64,000 bases of DNA. Source: Eledone cirrhosa. Lineage: Eukaryota. The DNA lies in assembly GCA_964016885.1 (NCBI GenBank), contig OZ024740.1:33046001-33110000 (forward strand). The letters are read 5' to 3'. The notes under the pieces were generated by a model. The model was not told where the DNA came from. It saw only the letters and a program-made list of their open reading frames with translations, and did no database searches. The position numbers and the translations under genes are program-made. This document shows positions 34,520 to 47,582 of this stretch, in pieces (position 1 is the first letter of the stretch; each line of letters starts with the position of its first letter).

Positions 34520-36595
34520 CCTGTGGTACGATATCTTACATATACCGCTTCATTGTGGTTTTTGAAAGCATGATAAAGCATGACAACAAAATATATCACA
34601 AAGAGAGTAGGTGCATCAAGGTCTCCTTGTATCACACCACTTTACACTTCAAAAGGTTCAGAGAGTGTGCCCCCAAAGTTAACTCCGGCTTTCATGTCTT
34701 TATGAAGAGCTTTCAATATAATTACAAACTTTTGAAGGCATCAAAATATAGACAAAACCAACTACAAGGCATTCTTATTCAATACATTTTTCCTGCAGTT
34801 GTTTGTTTGTGAAGATCATATCACTATCACTTCTTTTCACATCATGACTCTGATACGATTTTTGGCACTATGAACTTATTAAGGTGTTCCAAAGGGACAT
34901 GTGCTAGAACCTTACTGATAACAGACAATAAATTACCATATTGGTCTTTGGCACCATGTTTGAAAAGGGGGGGGGGGGGACCAAGATAGCATTAACTCAG
35001 TCTTGTATTTCCTTTAATAATGGAGTATTACAGCATGTAAATGTTCTCCCACTTTCTCACCTCAATGCTTAAGAACCTCAGCATTAATACCATCCAAATC
35101 AGGAGATTTGCTATTTAATTTCTGTACAGCAGAAGCAATGTCATTTATAGTTGGTTCTGATGCCATTTCATCTACAATTGACTAGCTTTTCGTTGACTCA
35201 ATAATCTTTATGTTGACATTAGAGGACCTGCTAAGGATCTCAGAGAAATATTCTACCCTATGGTTTTGAATGGAGACAATATTGAACAGGATTGTGGACC
35301 ATACACTTCTTTATGTAGAAGAAAAATGCCTTAGTGTCCTTGCGATCTACTGCCTCTTGTGCTTACTTGTTTAGCAGTTTTCGGGGTTACCACTTTAGCA
35401 GGATATAAAATGATGATATTATTTGTATTTGTATCAACAGAGGTCACCAATATAGCAGACATTTAATAGTCACCAGTTTAGCTGTTAAATAATATTATGC
35501 CATGTAATAATAATATCAACGACAATAATAATAATAATAATGTATTTTGTTGTAACAGGAAAGGTATGGTTTGTTATATCAATAAATGTAAGTTGAATTG
35601 AGGTTCAGCTGTAAGTCTGTTATAATAACTGTTATAATAACTCTGGAAGGAATCTTTCCATATCACATTTAAAGGCATGGCTGTGGTAAATAGCACCACA
35701 AGACTTTACAACGTTTTTACATAATTTATTTACAAAGGTTAAGCTGGCATGCCAAAACAAATGAAGATTTTAAACGGTTTACTGGCTGAGGTTTTGACCA
35801 GGCCCATGGTTATATTGTTGTGTTATATATTGGCTAGTGGTTTCACGACAAAAGAAAAATGGTTGTTTACCTTTCCACAGTTGAAGCAACAAGAGAATGA
35901 GTTTATTGAAAGTAGTGGGAAATCTCAGTTTAGGTGGAAGTTGAAAATACATATCCGTGCGCGGCTCACGATTGGCCTAACTTAGCCAAATCATGCACGA
36001 ATAGCCTATCAATGTGCCAAAGGAAAGTAGCTTGCTACACTTGGTTTTGTTATGCCACCATTGCTGCTTAATATTTCTCAAAGCATTTTGCACTTTTCTT
36101 TTTAGTTGCTTATTAGGATTGTCATTAGGATTGATTGATTGAGAAAGAAGTTTTTGACAAAGATTTTGTTTGTTCTTAAATAAGTCACATATTTCAGAGT
36201 TGCTATCTGTAAACCAGTCATTAGACCTTGATCTCATACCCACAGATGCAGATGCTGTTTGGAAGACTTTTAGCTTAAAATCTTCCTATAGATTGCTCGA
36301 GTCAAGTGTGATATTATCCAATGCATGACGAAAATTGTGGATAGCATCGAAAGACTTGAAATTTGCCACATAAGTTTCTTTGGTACTTTTGTCCCAGAAT
36401 GTGTAGCTTTAGCTGTTATAATTAGATTGAGTTTGGTCCTGACTAGTCGATGATCAGTCCAGCACTCTGCTCCTCACATTGTGTGCACACTACATACATC
36501 TTTTACATCACATTTTTTAACTAAAATATAATTAATGAGATGCCAATTCTTAGACCTTGGATGCATCCCAGTTGTCTTATATTATTTTTCTGCTG
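34520..36595 (-). mobile_element. Ancient BovB/RTE-1-like LINE (endonuclease end to RT start), heavily degraded
   Basis: Minus-strand remnants MHPRSKNWHLINYIL and ECWTDHRLVR; LKRKVQNALRNIKQQWW; RT remnants near 34730-34860. Confidence 0.75.
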
Positions 36596-37065
36596 AAAGA
36601 AAAAAAGTAAAAAGCTAAAAGGATAAAAATAAAAAATAAAAAATAAAAAATAAAAAATAAAAAATAAAAAATAAAAATTAAAAAATAAAAAAATAAAATT
36701 AATTTACAATTTCATATATACATAATATATAGATATGTACATACTAATGGATGGCTGTTGACTCACATGAGTTCTGCTCTTTGACAGGTTTTGCTTTTTG
36801 TCCTGCAAGATGTCCAATAATCAACCTCCTCACCAAGCAAGCTTGATGGGGTTGCCAGTTTAGCCACCAACAACCCAACCATGTGACAGGTTGCACTGGG
36901 TTACCAGTAGAGTTTGGGAGTGACCTGATATATACACTATATATCTATATTTATACACACACTATATATATATATATTTACACTACCTATCAATATATCA
37001 ATATTTACACTATATATATATATATGACGGTCGCTTTAAAAATTCTCTTAGTGTTGTCTGAAATG

Positions 37066-37168
37066 TATAGCCTTACACATGCTGATGAACCGGGGTTATT
37101 TCATTTCTGTCAACAACTTACTGGCGAAACAGATCACTTTGGATTTGTACGTGTGTTATATTGTTATA
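37066..37168 (+). ncRNA. Type I hammerhead ribozyme motif within a ~380-bp retrozyme/pLTR-like insert (37026-37408)
   Basis: Stem I ACACATG/CGTGTGT plus distal TATAGC/GTTATA; core CTGATGA 37082-37088; stem II CCGG/CTGG; GAAA 37126-37129; stem III CAGAT/ATTTG; GUA triplet 37147-37149. Confidence 0.72.
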
Positions 37169-37704
37169 GAGGTATTTATTTACGCTTTAATTTATATTTT
37201 TAATTATCATGTCTATACTCTGCCTTTCATAGGTTATAGATTCCATACACTGGTGGTTTTTCCCTGTTTTATTGATGGTGCACTGTATATCTCTCTAGTG
37301 TGTTACCTTTTCAACATATTGTATTTTAAAGAGCTCAGGATTTCCTCTCTTTTGAGCACATTATTTACAGAGAATGACGAGAGTCTATGGCGCCATTAAT
37401 GTATTGTGATATATATATATATATATTTACACTATATATATATCTATATTTACACTATATATATATCTATATTTACACTATATATATATATCTATATTTA
37501 CACTATCTGTATATTATATTTACCTAATCTCAAGCATGTTTTTAAGCCTACTATCCTCTCAAGTAACTTTGTATATCTATCATATCATACATATTTAATT
37601 CAGTTTGCACTTGTTTGACAGCCTTATCTCATATCTACAATTCAGTCAGCAAAAAGAGATATGGAGAGGAAATGATCATATATATATTTTTTCTTTGTTT
37701 TTAA

Positions 37705-37926
37705 CCCTTTAATATTTAAACCGACCATATCCGGCTAGAATTCTCTCATCTCTTTTTGTTCAAACCGGCCGTAACTGGCCACTTATACTTATGTTAAGGT
37801 ATTGTTCTCAAAATAAATAACATCAAAATCTCATAGATTCGATATTATGTGAGATGATTATGTAAGATAAAGCTTTTACCAGAAAAAAATATTACGTATA
37901 TATAGAGTAATGTAAATGCTAAAGAG
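37705..37926 (+). mobile_element. piggyBac-type MITE family 1
   Basis: TTAA|CCCTTTAATATTTA ... TAAATGCTAAAGAG|TTAA. Confidence 0.85.
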
Positions 37927-38254
37927 TTAATGAGGATCAACCTGAAATAGAACCAATAAAAGAGAATCAACTCTTCATTAGATGTTAAGAGTTAAGGACA
38001 TAAAGGCAGAGAAATGAATTGGACTGAAATCAGGGATAGTTGCTGAGGTGCTAAAAATACCCAACAAAGTAGACTACCTTGTAACCATCATCATTATAAC
38101 CAATCAATAGTAGGAGGAGACATTGCTAAAGACTGCTAAAGACCAGGAGCACCACCTCCGTCACCATTGCCACTACAACTACCAAAAACATTACCACAGC
38201 AACAACATCAACACTGCTGTCACTGCCACCACTACCAAAAACACTATCACTACA

Positions 38255-41228
38255 ACACCACCACCACTGCTGCTGTCACCCCCACCACCACTGCTGCTGT
38301 CACCCCCACCACTGCTGCTGTCACCCCCACCACTGCTGCTGCTGTCACCCCCACCATCACTGCTGCTGTCACCCCCACCACTGCTGCTGTCACCCCCACC
38401 ACCACTGCTGCTGTCACCACCCCCACCACCACTGCTGCTGTCACCCCCACCCCCACTGCTGCAGTCACCCCCACCACCACTGCTGCTGCCCCCCCCACTG
38501 CTGCTGTCCACCCACACCACTGCTGCTGTCACCCCCCCCCCCCCCCCCCCCCCCTGCTTCCCCCCCTGCTGTCACCACCCCCACCCCCACTGCTGCTGCT
38601 ACCCCCCACAACCACTGCTGCTGTCACCCCCACCACCACTGCTGCTGTCACCACCCCCACCACCACTGCTGCTGCTGTCACCACCCCCACCACCACTGCT
38701 GCTGTCACCCCCACCACCACCACTGCTGCTGCTGTCACCCCCACCACCACCACTGCTGCTGTCACCCCCACCACCACTGCTGCTGCTGTCACCCCCCCAC
38801 CACCACTGCTGCTGTCACCCCCACCACCACTGCTGCTGTCACCCCCACCACCACTGCTGTCACCACCACCACCACTGCTGCTGTCACCCCCACCACCACT
38901 GCTGCTGTCACCCCCACCACCACCACTGCTGCTGTCACCACCCCCACCACCACTGCTGCTGTCACCACCCCCACCACCACTGCTGCTCCCCCCCCACTGC
39001 TGCTGTCACCCCCACCACCACTGCTGCTGCTGTCACCCCCCCCACTGCTGCTGTCACCCCCACCACTGCTGCTGTCACCCCCACCACCACCACTGCTGCT
39101 GTCACCACCACCACTGCTGCTGTCACCCCCACTGCTGCTGTCACCCCCCCCCACTGCTGCTGTCACCCCCCACTGCTGCTGTCACCACCCCCACCACTGC
39201 TGCTGTCACCCCCACCACCACTGCTGCTGTCACCACCCCCACCACCACTGCTGCTGTCACCCCCACCACCACTGCTGCTGTCACCCCCACCACTGCTGCT
39301 GTCACCCCCACCACCACCACTGCTGCTGTCACCCCCACCACTGCTGCTGTCACCACCCCCACCACTGCTGCTGTCACCACCCCCACCACCACCACTGCTG
39401 CTGTCACCCCCACCACCACCACTGCTGTCACCCCCACCACCGCTGCTGTCACCCCCACCACTGCTGCTGTCACCCCCACCACCACTGCTGCTGTCACCCC
39501 CACCACTGCTGCTGTCACCCCCACCACTGCTGCTGTCACCACCCCCACCACTGCTGCTGTCACCCCCACCACTGCTGCTGTCACCACCACCACTGCTGCT
39601 GTCACCCCCACCACTGCTGCTGTCACCCCCACCACCACCACTGCTGCTGTCACCCCCACCACCACTGCTGCTGTCACCCCCACCACCACCACTGCTGTCA
39701 CCCCCACCACCACTGCTGCTGTCACCCCCACCACTGCTGCTGTCACCCCCCACCACTGCTGCTGTCACCCCCACCACCACCACTGCTGTCACCCCCACAC
39801 TGCTGCTGTCACCCCCACCACTGCTGCTGTCACCCCCACCACCACTGCTGCTGTCACCCCCACCACTGCTGCTGTCACCCCCACCACCACTGCTGCTGTC
39901 ACCCCCACCACCACCACTGCTGCTGTCACCCCCACCACTGCTGCTGTCACCCCCACCACTGCTGCTGTCACCCCCACCACCACTGCTGCTGTCACCCCCA
40001 CCACCACTGCTGCTGTCACCCCCACCACCACCACTGCTGTCACCCCCACCACCACTGCTGCTGTCACCCCCACCACTGCTGCTGTCACCCCCACCACCAC
40101 CACTGCTGTCACCCCCACCACCACTGCTGCTGTCACCCCCACCACCACCACTGCTGTCGCCCCCACCACCACTGCTGCTGTCACCCCCACCACTGCTGCT
40201 GTCACCACCCCCACCACCACTGCTGCTGTCACCACCCCCACCACTGCTGCTGTCACCACCTCCACCACTGCTGCTGTCACCACCCCCACCACTGCTGCTG
40301 TCACCCCCACCACTGCTGCTGTCACCCCCACCACCACTGCTGCTGTCACCCCCACCACCACTCCTGCTGCTGTCACCCCCACCACTGCTGCTGCTGTCAC
40401 CCCCACCACCACTGCTGCTGTCACCCCCACCACCACTGCTGCTGTCACCCCCACCACCACTGCTGCTGTCACCCCCACCACCACCACTGCTGTCACCCCC
40501 ACCACCACTGCTGCTGTCACCCCCACCACCACCACTGCTGTCGCCCCCACCACCACTGCTGCTGTCACCCCCACCACTGCTGCTGTCACCACCCCCACCA
40601 CCACTGCTGCTGTCACCACCCCCACCACTGCTGCTGTCACCACCTCCACCACTGCTGCTGTCACCACCCCCACCACTGCTGCTGTCACCCCCACCACTGC
40701 TGCTGTCACCCCCACCACCACTGCTGCTGTCACCCCCACCACCACTCCTGCTGCTGTCACCCCCACCACTGCTGCTGCTGTCACCCCCACCACCACTGCT
40801 GCTGTCACCCCCACCACCACTGCTGCTGTCACCCCCACCACCACTGCTGCTGTCACCCCCACCACCACTCCTGCTGCTGTCACCCCCACCACTGCTGCTG
40901 CTGTCACCCCCACCACCACTGCTGCTGTCACCCCCACCACCACTGCTGCTGTCACCACCACCACCACTGCTGCTGCTGTCACCCCCACTGCTGCTGCTGT
41001 CACCCCCACCACCACTGCTGCTGTCACTCCCCCCCCCAAACCACTGCTGCTGTCACCCCCACCACCACCACTGCTGCTGCTGTCACCACCTCCACCACTG
41101 CTGCTGTCACCACCCCACCACTGCTGCTGTCACCCCCACCACCACCACTGCTGCTGCTGTCACCACCCCCACCACTGCTGCTGTCACCCCCACCACCACC
41201 ACTGCTGCTGCTGTCACCCCCACCACTA
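38255..41228. repeat. 3-kb GC-rich minisatellite built from triplet modules CCC-(ACC)n-ACT-(GCT)n-GTC-ACC
   Basis: Units of about 21-30 bp; stop-free over long stretches in several frames, which explains the long low-complexity ORFs. Confidence 0.97.
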
Positions 41229-41398
41229 TTGCCAATCAGATAGTAGAAGGAAGTATCATAGCTAATAAGATAACCACAGGAAAAGTTTTTAGTTAAGAGC
41301 AAGAGAGCCACTGGACTGAATATTTGTCAACATGGAAGTCTTTGGTGAGAGGGGGATAGGATGTCACACTCTACAGTCTGATGATTTCTAAGAAAACT

Positions 41399-41555
41399 AG
41401 GTCAATGGTTGATGAAAGTGGTAAAAGTTATGTAAAACAGGTCAATGAATGGTGAAAGTGGTAGAAGTTATGTAAAACAGGTCAATGAATGGTGAAAGTG
41501 GTAGAAGTTATGTAAAACAGGTCAATGAATGGTGAAAGTGGTAGAAGTTATGTAA
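41399..41555. repeat. 40-bp tandem repeat, about 4 copies (degenerate to about 41668)
   Basis: AGGTCAATGAATGGTGAAAGTGGTAGAAGTTATGTAAAAC. Confidence 0.93.
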
Positions 41556-42015
41556 TACTTGGTGTAAGGTTTGTGAGGTAGAAGAAGCTATATAAAACTG
41601 TGTGTGGTTAGTGATAGAAGATATGTATAACTAGGACAATGGTTAGTAAGAGTGGTAGAAGCCATGTACAGGAATATCATCAGCAAAGTGGGTCTGTGTC
41701 TCTATATTGTCCAAATATATTAGGATTGTTCACTACAAGGAGAAAAGTTCCTGAGGTTTGAGGACCAACAGAAAAGTAGTTTGTAACAAAATGAAATATT
41801 TAACTTTGCAGGTGATAGAACACCAACTCTAAAACATATAAGTCACAGAATGTTTGTCAACAAACAAAAGATGTGTAATGCATTAGTGAGAGAAAAAAAT
41901 GAGAAATAAAATATTTAGTACTGTCATAATATTGTTACCCCAATGATGTGGGGGAACATTCTCTTGTATGCAAAAGCCCATGTGCAGGCTGCCACATGGT
42001 CCTAGTGGACATAAT

Positions 42016-42199
42016 TATTTCTACTTTTGGCAGAAGGCCAGCAATTACCCCAGTGCATTACTGGTACTTTATTTTATCGACCCCGTAAGGATGAAAGGCA
42101 GAGTTAACCTCGGCGAGATTTGAACTCAGAATGGCAAGGGCCGTAACTCTATGCGTCAAAGCATGGCGTCCGACCCTCTACCGATACTGCCAATCCACC
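42016..42199 (-). mobile_element. tRNA-derived SINE (Meta-domain-like) with a 17-bp TSD
   Basis: A box TGGCAGTATCGG, B box GAGTTCAAATC, GCCTTTCATCC..GGGTCGATAAAA; GTCCTAGTGGACATAAT at 41999-42015 and 42200-42216. A degraded relative lies at about 22160-22300 (+). Confidence 0.85.
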
Positions 42200-42339
42200 G
42201 TCCTAGTGGACATAATGTAAAAAATATTGCTCTAAACGAGTGTTGTGAAGAATTTAGCTTGCAGATAAGTATCCATCAAGGTTCAGTTGAAAGCCATCTC
42301 ATATTTAATAAAGTTTTCCAGGTTTAAGACCACAGCTAC

Positions 42340-42599
42340 ATCATCATCATCATCAACGTTTAACGTCCGTGTTCCACGCTTGCATGGGTTTGGACGGGGG
42401 TTTTCTACAGTTGGATGCCCTTCCTAACACCAACCACATTTACAGTGTGGGTCTGGGAGGTTTTTACCGTGTTGCCTACACAGCCACATTACAGCGTGGA
42501 CTGTGTGTTTTTTTGTCGTGACACCTACACGATCTCATTTGTTTCGGCCTGGATGGTGTGGCACCAACATAACTTCACATACCAACATAACTTCACATC
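42340..42599 (-). mobile_element. Short RTE-B 3' UTR insertion with an internal deletion
   Basis: Matches 22842-23135 but lacks the CCCACTTGAGG...GGCGGG segment; an 18-bp duplication sits at the 5' junction. Confidence 0.85.
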
Positions 42600-43929
42600 A
42601 TATTTATTAAAGTTCTCCAGGCTATAACAGATAACTGGTTTAAGACCACAATCACCTCATATTTAAGACAAGCTGCCAGTGGGAATTCATGTATGCTCAT
42701 TCACAGCCAACTCATATTTAAGATCAGTTGTCTGTGGGAACTCTTGTAGGCTGATGATCTAATTCTCATAGCTGAATCTGTTGAATATTTAGAGAAGAAA
42801 TCTCAATAACAGAAGCAAAGCCTAGAGACATTAAAGTAACCCTAACAAAGACAAATTTGTTAGTTAGGAGAAGATCGTACTGCCATCTGGAAAAAAGTAG
42901 GTAGAAATTGTATGCAGTGTATCTATGGTAGACAAGGGTAGAACATGAGTAGAAGGATCAGAGAGACAAAAAAATTTTTGTATGAAGAATATATTCATGA
43001 GTAGACAACTTCTTTCAAATGTTTTGAAGGCTCCCAAGAAATAGTTGATAGTTTCAATTATTTAGAAGACCCAATTAACAGTGGAGATGGATGCTCCCAG
43101 TTCAAGCAGAAATCTCATTATTTTTCAATACAAATGAAATTAAAAAACAATATTTTAACGATTTTTTTCCCCTTTTTTAAAATATTTTATTTTGTTCTGA
43201 AAGCATGAAGAGGTTTTGTTCTTTTAATATCAATAACAAAAATAATGGCATAATTTGAATGCCACACAGAGGAGGAATACAGACTACATTAGATTGAAAG
43301 CTAAACCTGAGAAAATGAAATTTAAATATTACAGACATATTTTACAATAAAATCGTTAAGTTTTATGTAATAACAAATCATCAAATATTTGACTTCTGTT
43401 TTGAAAACAAGTCCTCATTTGTCTGCCAAAAGCTAATTGCTTGTTAGCATTGTTCACAGCCAAAGTGTTAAAAAGAATCCCTAAAAATACAGTTATACCC
43501 AACTATAAAATGAAATCTTTGTTTATCTGAAGTAGAAAAGCTTGATTAACCTTGGTTTTACTGGGATTTAAATTATCAGCATATACTAGTATATCTGTAC
43601 CCCAAAACTTGAAATCTAAAATTTGTGAAAAGAGATTCTCAATGTGTGTACTAAAGGAATAAGGAAACATTGAAATGTTAACGGTAACATGTTATTGCTA
43701 CAATATATATCATATAGCAAGAAATAATAATTTTCAGGTTTCCACAATGTGTGTAATGAATCTGGAAGAAAAAGAAAAACGGAAAATATGTTATCCAAAA
43801 GAAAAAAAGTAAAACACATGTTTAATCTATTGGAAAAATCACTTTCAATTTAAGAAAATAAATAATGTTGTGTTGCTATTTAAGTTTCTAAAATAAAAAA
43901 GTGTTAAAAGGCTGTTGAATGGCAAACTA

Positions 43930-44056
43930 CCATATATACTTATGTATTGGTTGCACTTTTTTCTATGAAAATACAGCATGAAAAATTCAAATTATATGAC
44001 ACAGTGTAAAAATTGTATTTAAAATAGAGATGCAACTGATACATAAGTATATACAT
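43930..44056. mobile_element. Small Tc1/mariner-type MITE
   Basis: TA|CCATATATACTTATGTATTGGTTGCA ... TGCAACTGATACATAAGTATATACAT|TA. Confidence 0.65.
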
Positions 44057-44683
44057 TACCTTCTCAAAGCTAGTTGCTCTACAGGTTACTTTGGATTGTT
44101 ACAGACCAAGTTGAGAAGGTGTCCAATCCTATCTATCTATATCACTTAACATACTGTTTTCTCACAGATCCTGGGTGGTATTTAGACATTCAGAAAAGCC
44201 AACAAAGCAGCTAAAATAAAACACTTAAAGTGATATGGTCTCTCTCTCTACCACACAAACATTTATAGTTGACATTTGAAATAGTCATAGTTAACCTTAA
44301 AATAGTCACATCTGACTTTGAAATAGTAACACTGATCTTAGAATAGTCACTGCTAACCTCAAAATAACCACACTGACCTTGAAATAACATCTGACTCCAC
44401 TGGTGAGAAGATGAAAATAATCTCTTCATTATGAAGAAACCCATTTCTAAGCTGTTTTAATAAGTCTCACTATCTAGTGAGACTTATATGTTTATTATAT
44501 ATAAATAGCATTAAGATCTCTGACATTATACAGTACTGCAGAAGACTTGCCTTCCTATGTGCATGGGATGAAGCAAACATCTAGACACTATGACACTAGT
44601 GTGCACCAATTTTCCCCCACCCCTTCCATACTCCTCCCACATCTTAACACTCCACCCATCACCAACTAAGTACTACATTTTAA

Positions 44684-44823
44684 CCCTTTAGCATTTAAAC
44701 TGGCTGTATCTGGCCAGAATTTTCTCACCCCTTTCTGTTCGAACTGGCCACTCATACTGATGTTAAGGTATTGTGCTCAAAATAAATAATATCAAAATCT
44801 CATAGATTCGATATTATGTAAGA
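44684..44823 (+). mobile_element. piggyBac-type MITE family 1, left half
   Basis: TTAA|CCCTTTAGCATTTAAAC; stops at GATATTATGTAAGA. Confidence 0.8.
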
Positions 44824-44879
44824 CTAAACCACCAGTTGGGTCACGTTCACTTAAAAATAATTTTTAAATAATTAAAATA

Positions 44880-45722
44880 TACAGACATGTATATAATGTG
44901 AAATGAAACTGGAAGGCCCATAGCGTCCACATACTCCCTACACAGCACTAATATCAAGAAGTCTTCTTGTGAACGTGACCTGGGCATTACGGTCAGCAGC
45001 GATTTGCGTTGGACGAAGCACGTCTCTAAAATTGTCAAGAGGGCCGAGGGTGTCTTAGCATCACTCAGCAAGACCTTTGTCAGCCGCTCTCCAGCTATCT
45101 ATTTAAGGCTGTACATGGTTATGGTGCAGCCACACTTAGAATTTGCATCACCAGTCTGGAACCCTTATCTTGCTCAGAACATTGACCGCCTGGAAACTGT
45201 TCAGAGACGTACAACCAAGCGAATACCCTCCATCAGGCATCTACCATACTCTGAACGCCTTGCTTCCCTGGGCATGGATACATTGAAGCTCTGACACCTG
45301 GCAACTGACTTGGTAAACACCCACAAGATTATTAACCATCTTGCCAACAACAACCCTGAGTACCTTTTTGATTTCCATGTGTCTAACACACGTGAACATG
45401 TCCACAAAGTCAGAAAACAGTACAGTTCCCATGACTTTCGGAAACATTTTTTCACGCTCAGAGTTACTGAAGCATGGAACAAACTACCTACATCAGTTGT
45501 TAGCTGTCGAGACACTGCATCCTTTTAAACCTCCATGCTTCCCGAGATTCGCCAACACTACACCTAATGTTCCCCCTCCATACACATGCACATGTATATC
45601 ATGACTCATACACTATTCACTTTCCTGACATTTGTATATTATTCTATGTACTATACATGGACCTTTGACGAGTTGTAGTGCACCTGAGCACTTTACACAA
45701 TAATTTCATTATTATTATTATT
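44880..45722 (+). mobile_element. CR1-clade LINE 3' end (C-terminal RT region, 3' UTR, (ATT)n tail)
   Basis: ERDLGITVSSDL.W..H, PHLEFASPVWNPY, LETVQRR.TK, LPYSERL, FFTLRVTEAWNKLP; premature stop at 45292. Confidence 0.9.
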
Positions 45723-45728
45723 ATATAT

Positions 45729-46226
45729 ATCATCATCATCATTTTACGTCCACTTTTCCTTGCTTGCCTGGGTTGGACAGGTCCTATTCAGTACAGCATC
45801 TCTCCACTTGTCACGGTCCTTCGTCATCTCCTCCGTGAGTTTCAGCTCTCATCACCTCCGCCCATGTTTTACGTGGGTCATCTACTGCGTCTTCCTCCTA
45901 GTGGGATTTCTTGGCACTTCTTTATCCAGCAGTCACCCTCCATGCACATCACATGTCCATATACCATCTCAGCCTTCTCTCCCGCACACCACAACTTATC
46001 CCTCTTATACCCAGTTTCTTTCTCAACTTGTCTATGCTTGGTCGTTCACATACATTGACATTGCACATCCAACGTAGCATACTTGCTTCATTTTTCTCCA
46101 GCTGTCACATATCTTCTGCAGTTGCTGCCCATGTCTCACTACCTTGCAGCATCGTGCATCTCACACAGGCATCATATAACCGACCTTTTGTACACAGGGA
46201 GAAACCCTTCTTTGTCAACAGAGGAA
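45729..46226 (-). mobile_element. RTE subfamily C 3' end, older copy
   Basis: Collinear with 47583-48108. Confidence 0.85.
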
Positions 46227-46249
46227 GCAGTGTATGTATGTATATATTC

Positions 46250-46559
46250 ATTTCATTTCATTTTACATCCGCTTTGCCCTGCTTGCAAGGGTGGGACGGG
46301 AACTGATTCTGGCTTATTTCTACAGCTGGATGCCCTTCCTAACACCAAACTCATTTACAGTGAGTGCTGGGTGCTTTTTTTCCGTGGCGCCTACACAACC
46401 ACTTTACAGTGGAATGATCTCATTTCTACAGCTGAGTAAACTGGAGCAATATGAAATAAAGTGTCTTGCTCAAGGAAACAACACATCACACGGTCTGAGA
46501 ATTGAACTCACAACCTTTTGATTGCAAGGCCAATCCTCAAACCACTAAGCCATGTGCCT
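46250..46559 (-). mobile_element. tRNA-derived SINE with CORE-like domain and RTE-C 3' tail
   Basis: A box TGGCTTAGTGG, B box GAGTTCAATTC, CCTTGAGCAAGACACTTT, GGAAGGGCATCC module; tail CCGTCCCACCCTTGCAAGCAGGG identical to the RTE-C end. Confidence 0.85.
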
Positions 46560-46580
46560 CATATATATATATATATATAT

Positions 46581-47258
46581 CATCATCATCATCATCATCA
46601 TCATCAGGTTTAGCGTCCGTGTTCCACGCTTGCATGGGTTTGGACGGGGGTTTTCCCACTTGAGGCAAGAGTGGTTGTCTTGCTCGCATAGGACTGTCTG
46701 GCGGGTTTTCTACAGTTGGATGCCCTTCCTAACACCAACCACATTTACAGTGTGGGGCTGGGAGGTTTTTACCGTGTTGCCTACACGGCCACATTACAGC
46801 GTGGACTGTCTGGCGGGTTTTCTACAGCTGGATGCCCTTCCTAACACCAACCACATTTACAGTGTGGGGCTGGGAGGTTTTTACCGTGTTGCCTACACGG
46901 CCACATTTACAGCGTGGACTGTGTGTTTTTTGTCGTGACACCTACACGATCTCATTTGTTTCGGCCTGGATGTTGTGGGACCAACATAACTTTACATTGA
47001 AAGGGGCGGTGTGGGTGGGGTGGAGGTGGTGGGACGGGGGTGTGTTTTGATAGAGGTGCCTACTGACTGTAGTAGGTTTTTACTTTGTATTTAGGTAAGG
47101 CGGGTCTTCTCTATTACTGAGTACCGCCAAAGGTCTCGGTCCAGTGACATTGTCTTGGAGAGGTGTAAGCGTGTGAGGTCGGAATTTATCAGCTCGTCCC
47201 ATGTTTTTCTGGGTCTGCCTACTCCGTGGCTACCGTCTATCTTTATTGCCCTGCACTT
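46581..47258 (-). mobile_element. RTE-B 3' end with a ~112-bp internal tandem duplication
   Basis: Matches 22842-23396; the GGACTGT-bounded segment is repeated (46691 and 46803); (TA)n on both sides. Confidence 0.9.
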
Positions 47259-47278
47259 TATATATATATATATATATA

Positions 47279-47534
47279 TGATGTGTTGTTTCCTTGAGCA
47301 AGACACTTTATTTCACATTGCTCCAGTTTACTCAGCTGGAGAAATGAGATGATAGGGACTGGGGTCCATATCATTCCACTGCAAAATTGTCGTGGAGGTG
47401 CCACGGCAAAAAAGCACCCACCATTCACTGTAAATGAGATTGGTGTTAGGAAGGGCATCCAGCTGTAGAAATCAAGCCAGAATCAGTTCTCGTTCCACCC
47501 TTGCAAGCAGGGAAAAGCGGAAGTAAAGTGATGA

Positions 47535-47538
<4 letters not shown>
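47279..47538 (+). mobile_element. Headless copy of the same CORE/RTE-tail SINE
   Basis: Reverse complement of about 46260-46490; ends in (GAT)n. Confidence 0.82.
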
Positions 47539-47573
<35 letters not shown>

Positions 47574-47582
47574 GTATATATA

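Noticed and set aside
38123-41311. 1057-aa and 1032-aa ORFs and antisense Gly/Ser/Val ORFs as genes
   Set aside because: The repeat lacks stop codons in several frames, the starts are non-ATG and the translations switch register; annotated as a repeat.
46480-46559. tRNA gene
   Set aside because: A and B boxes are present but continue into a SINE body with no intact cloverleaf; it is a SINE head.
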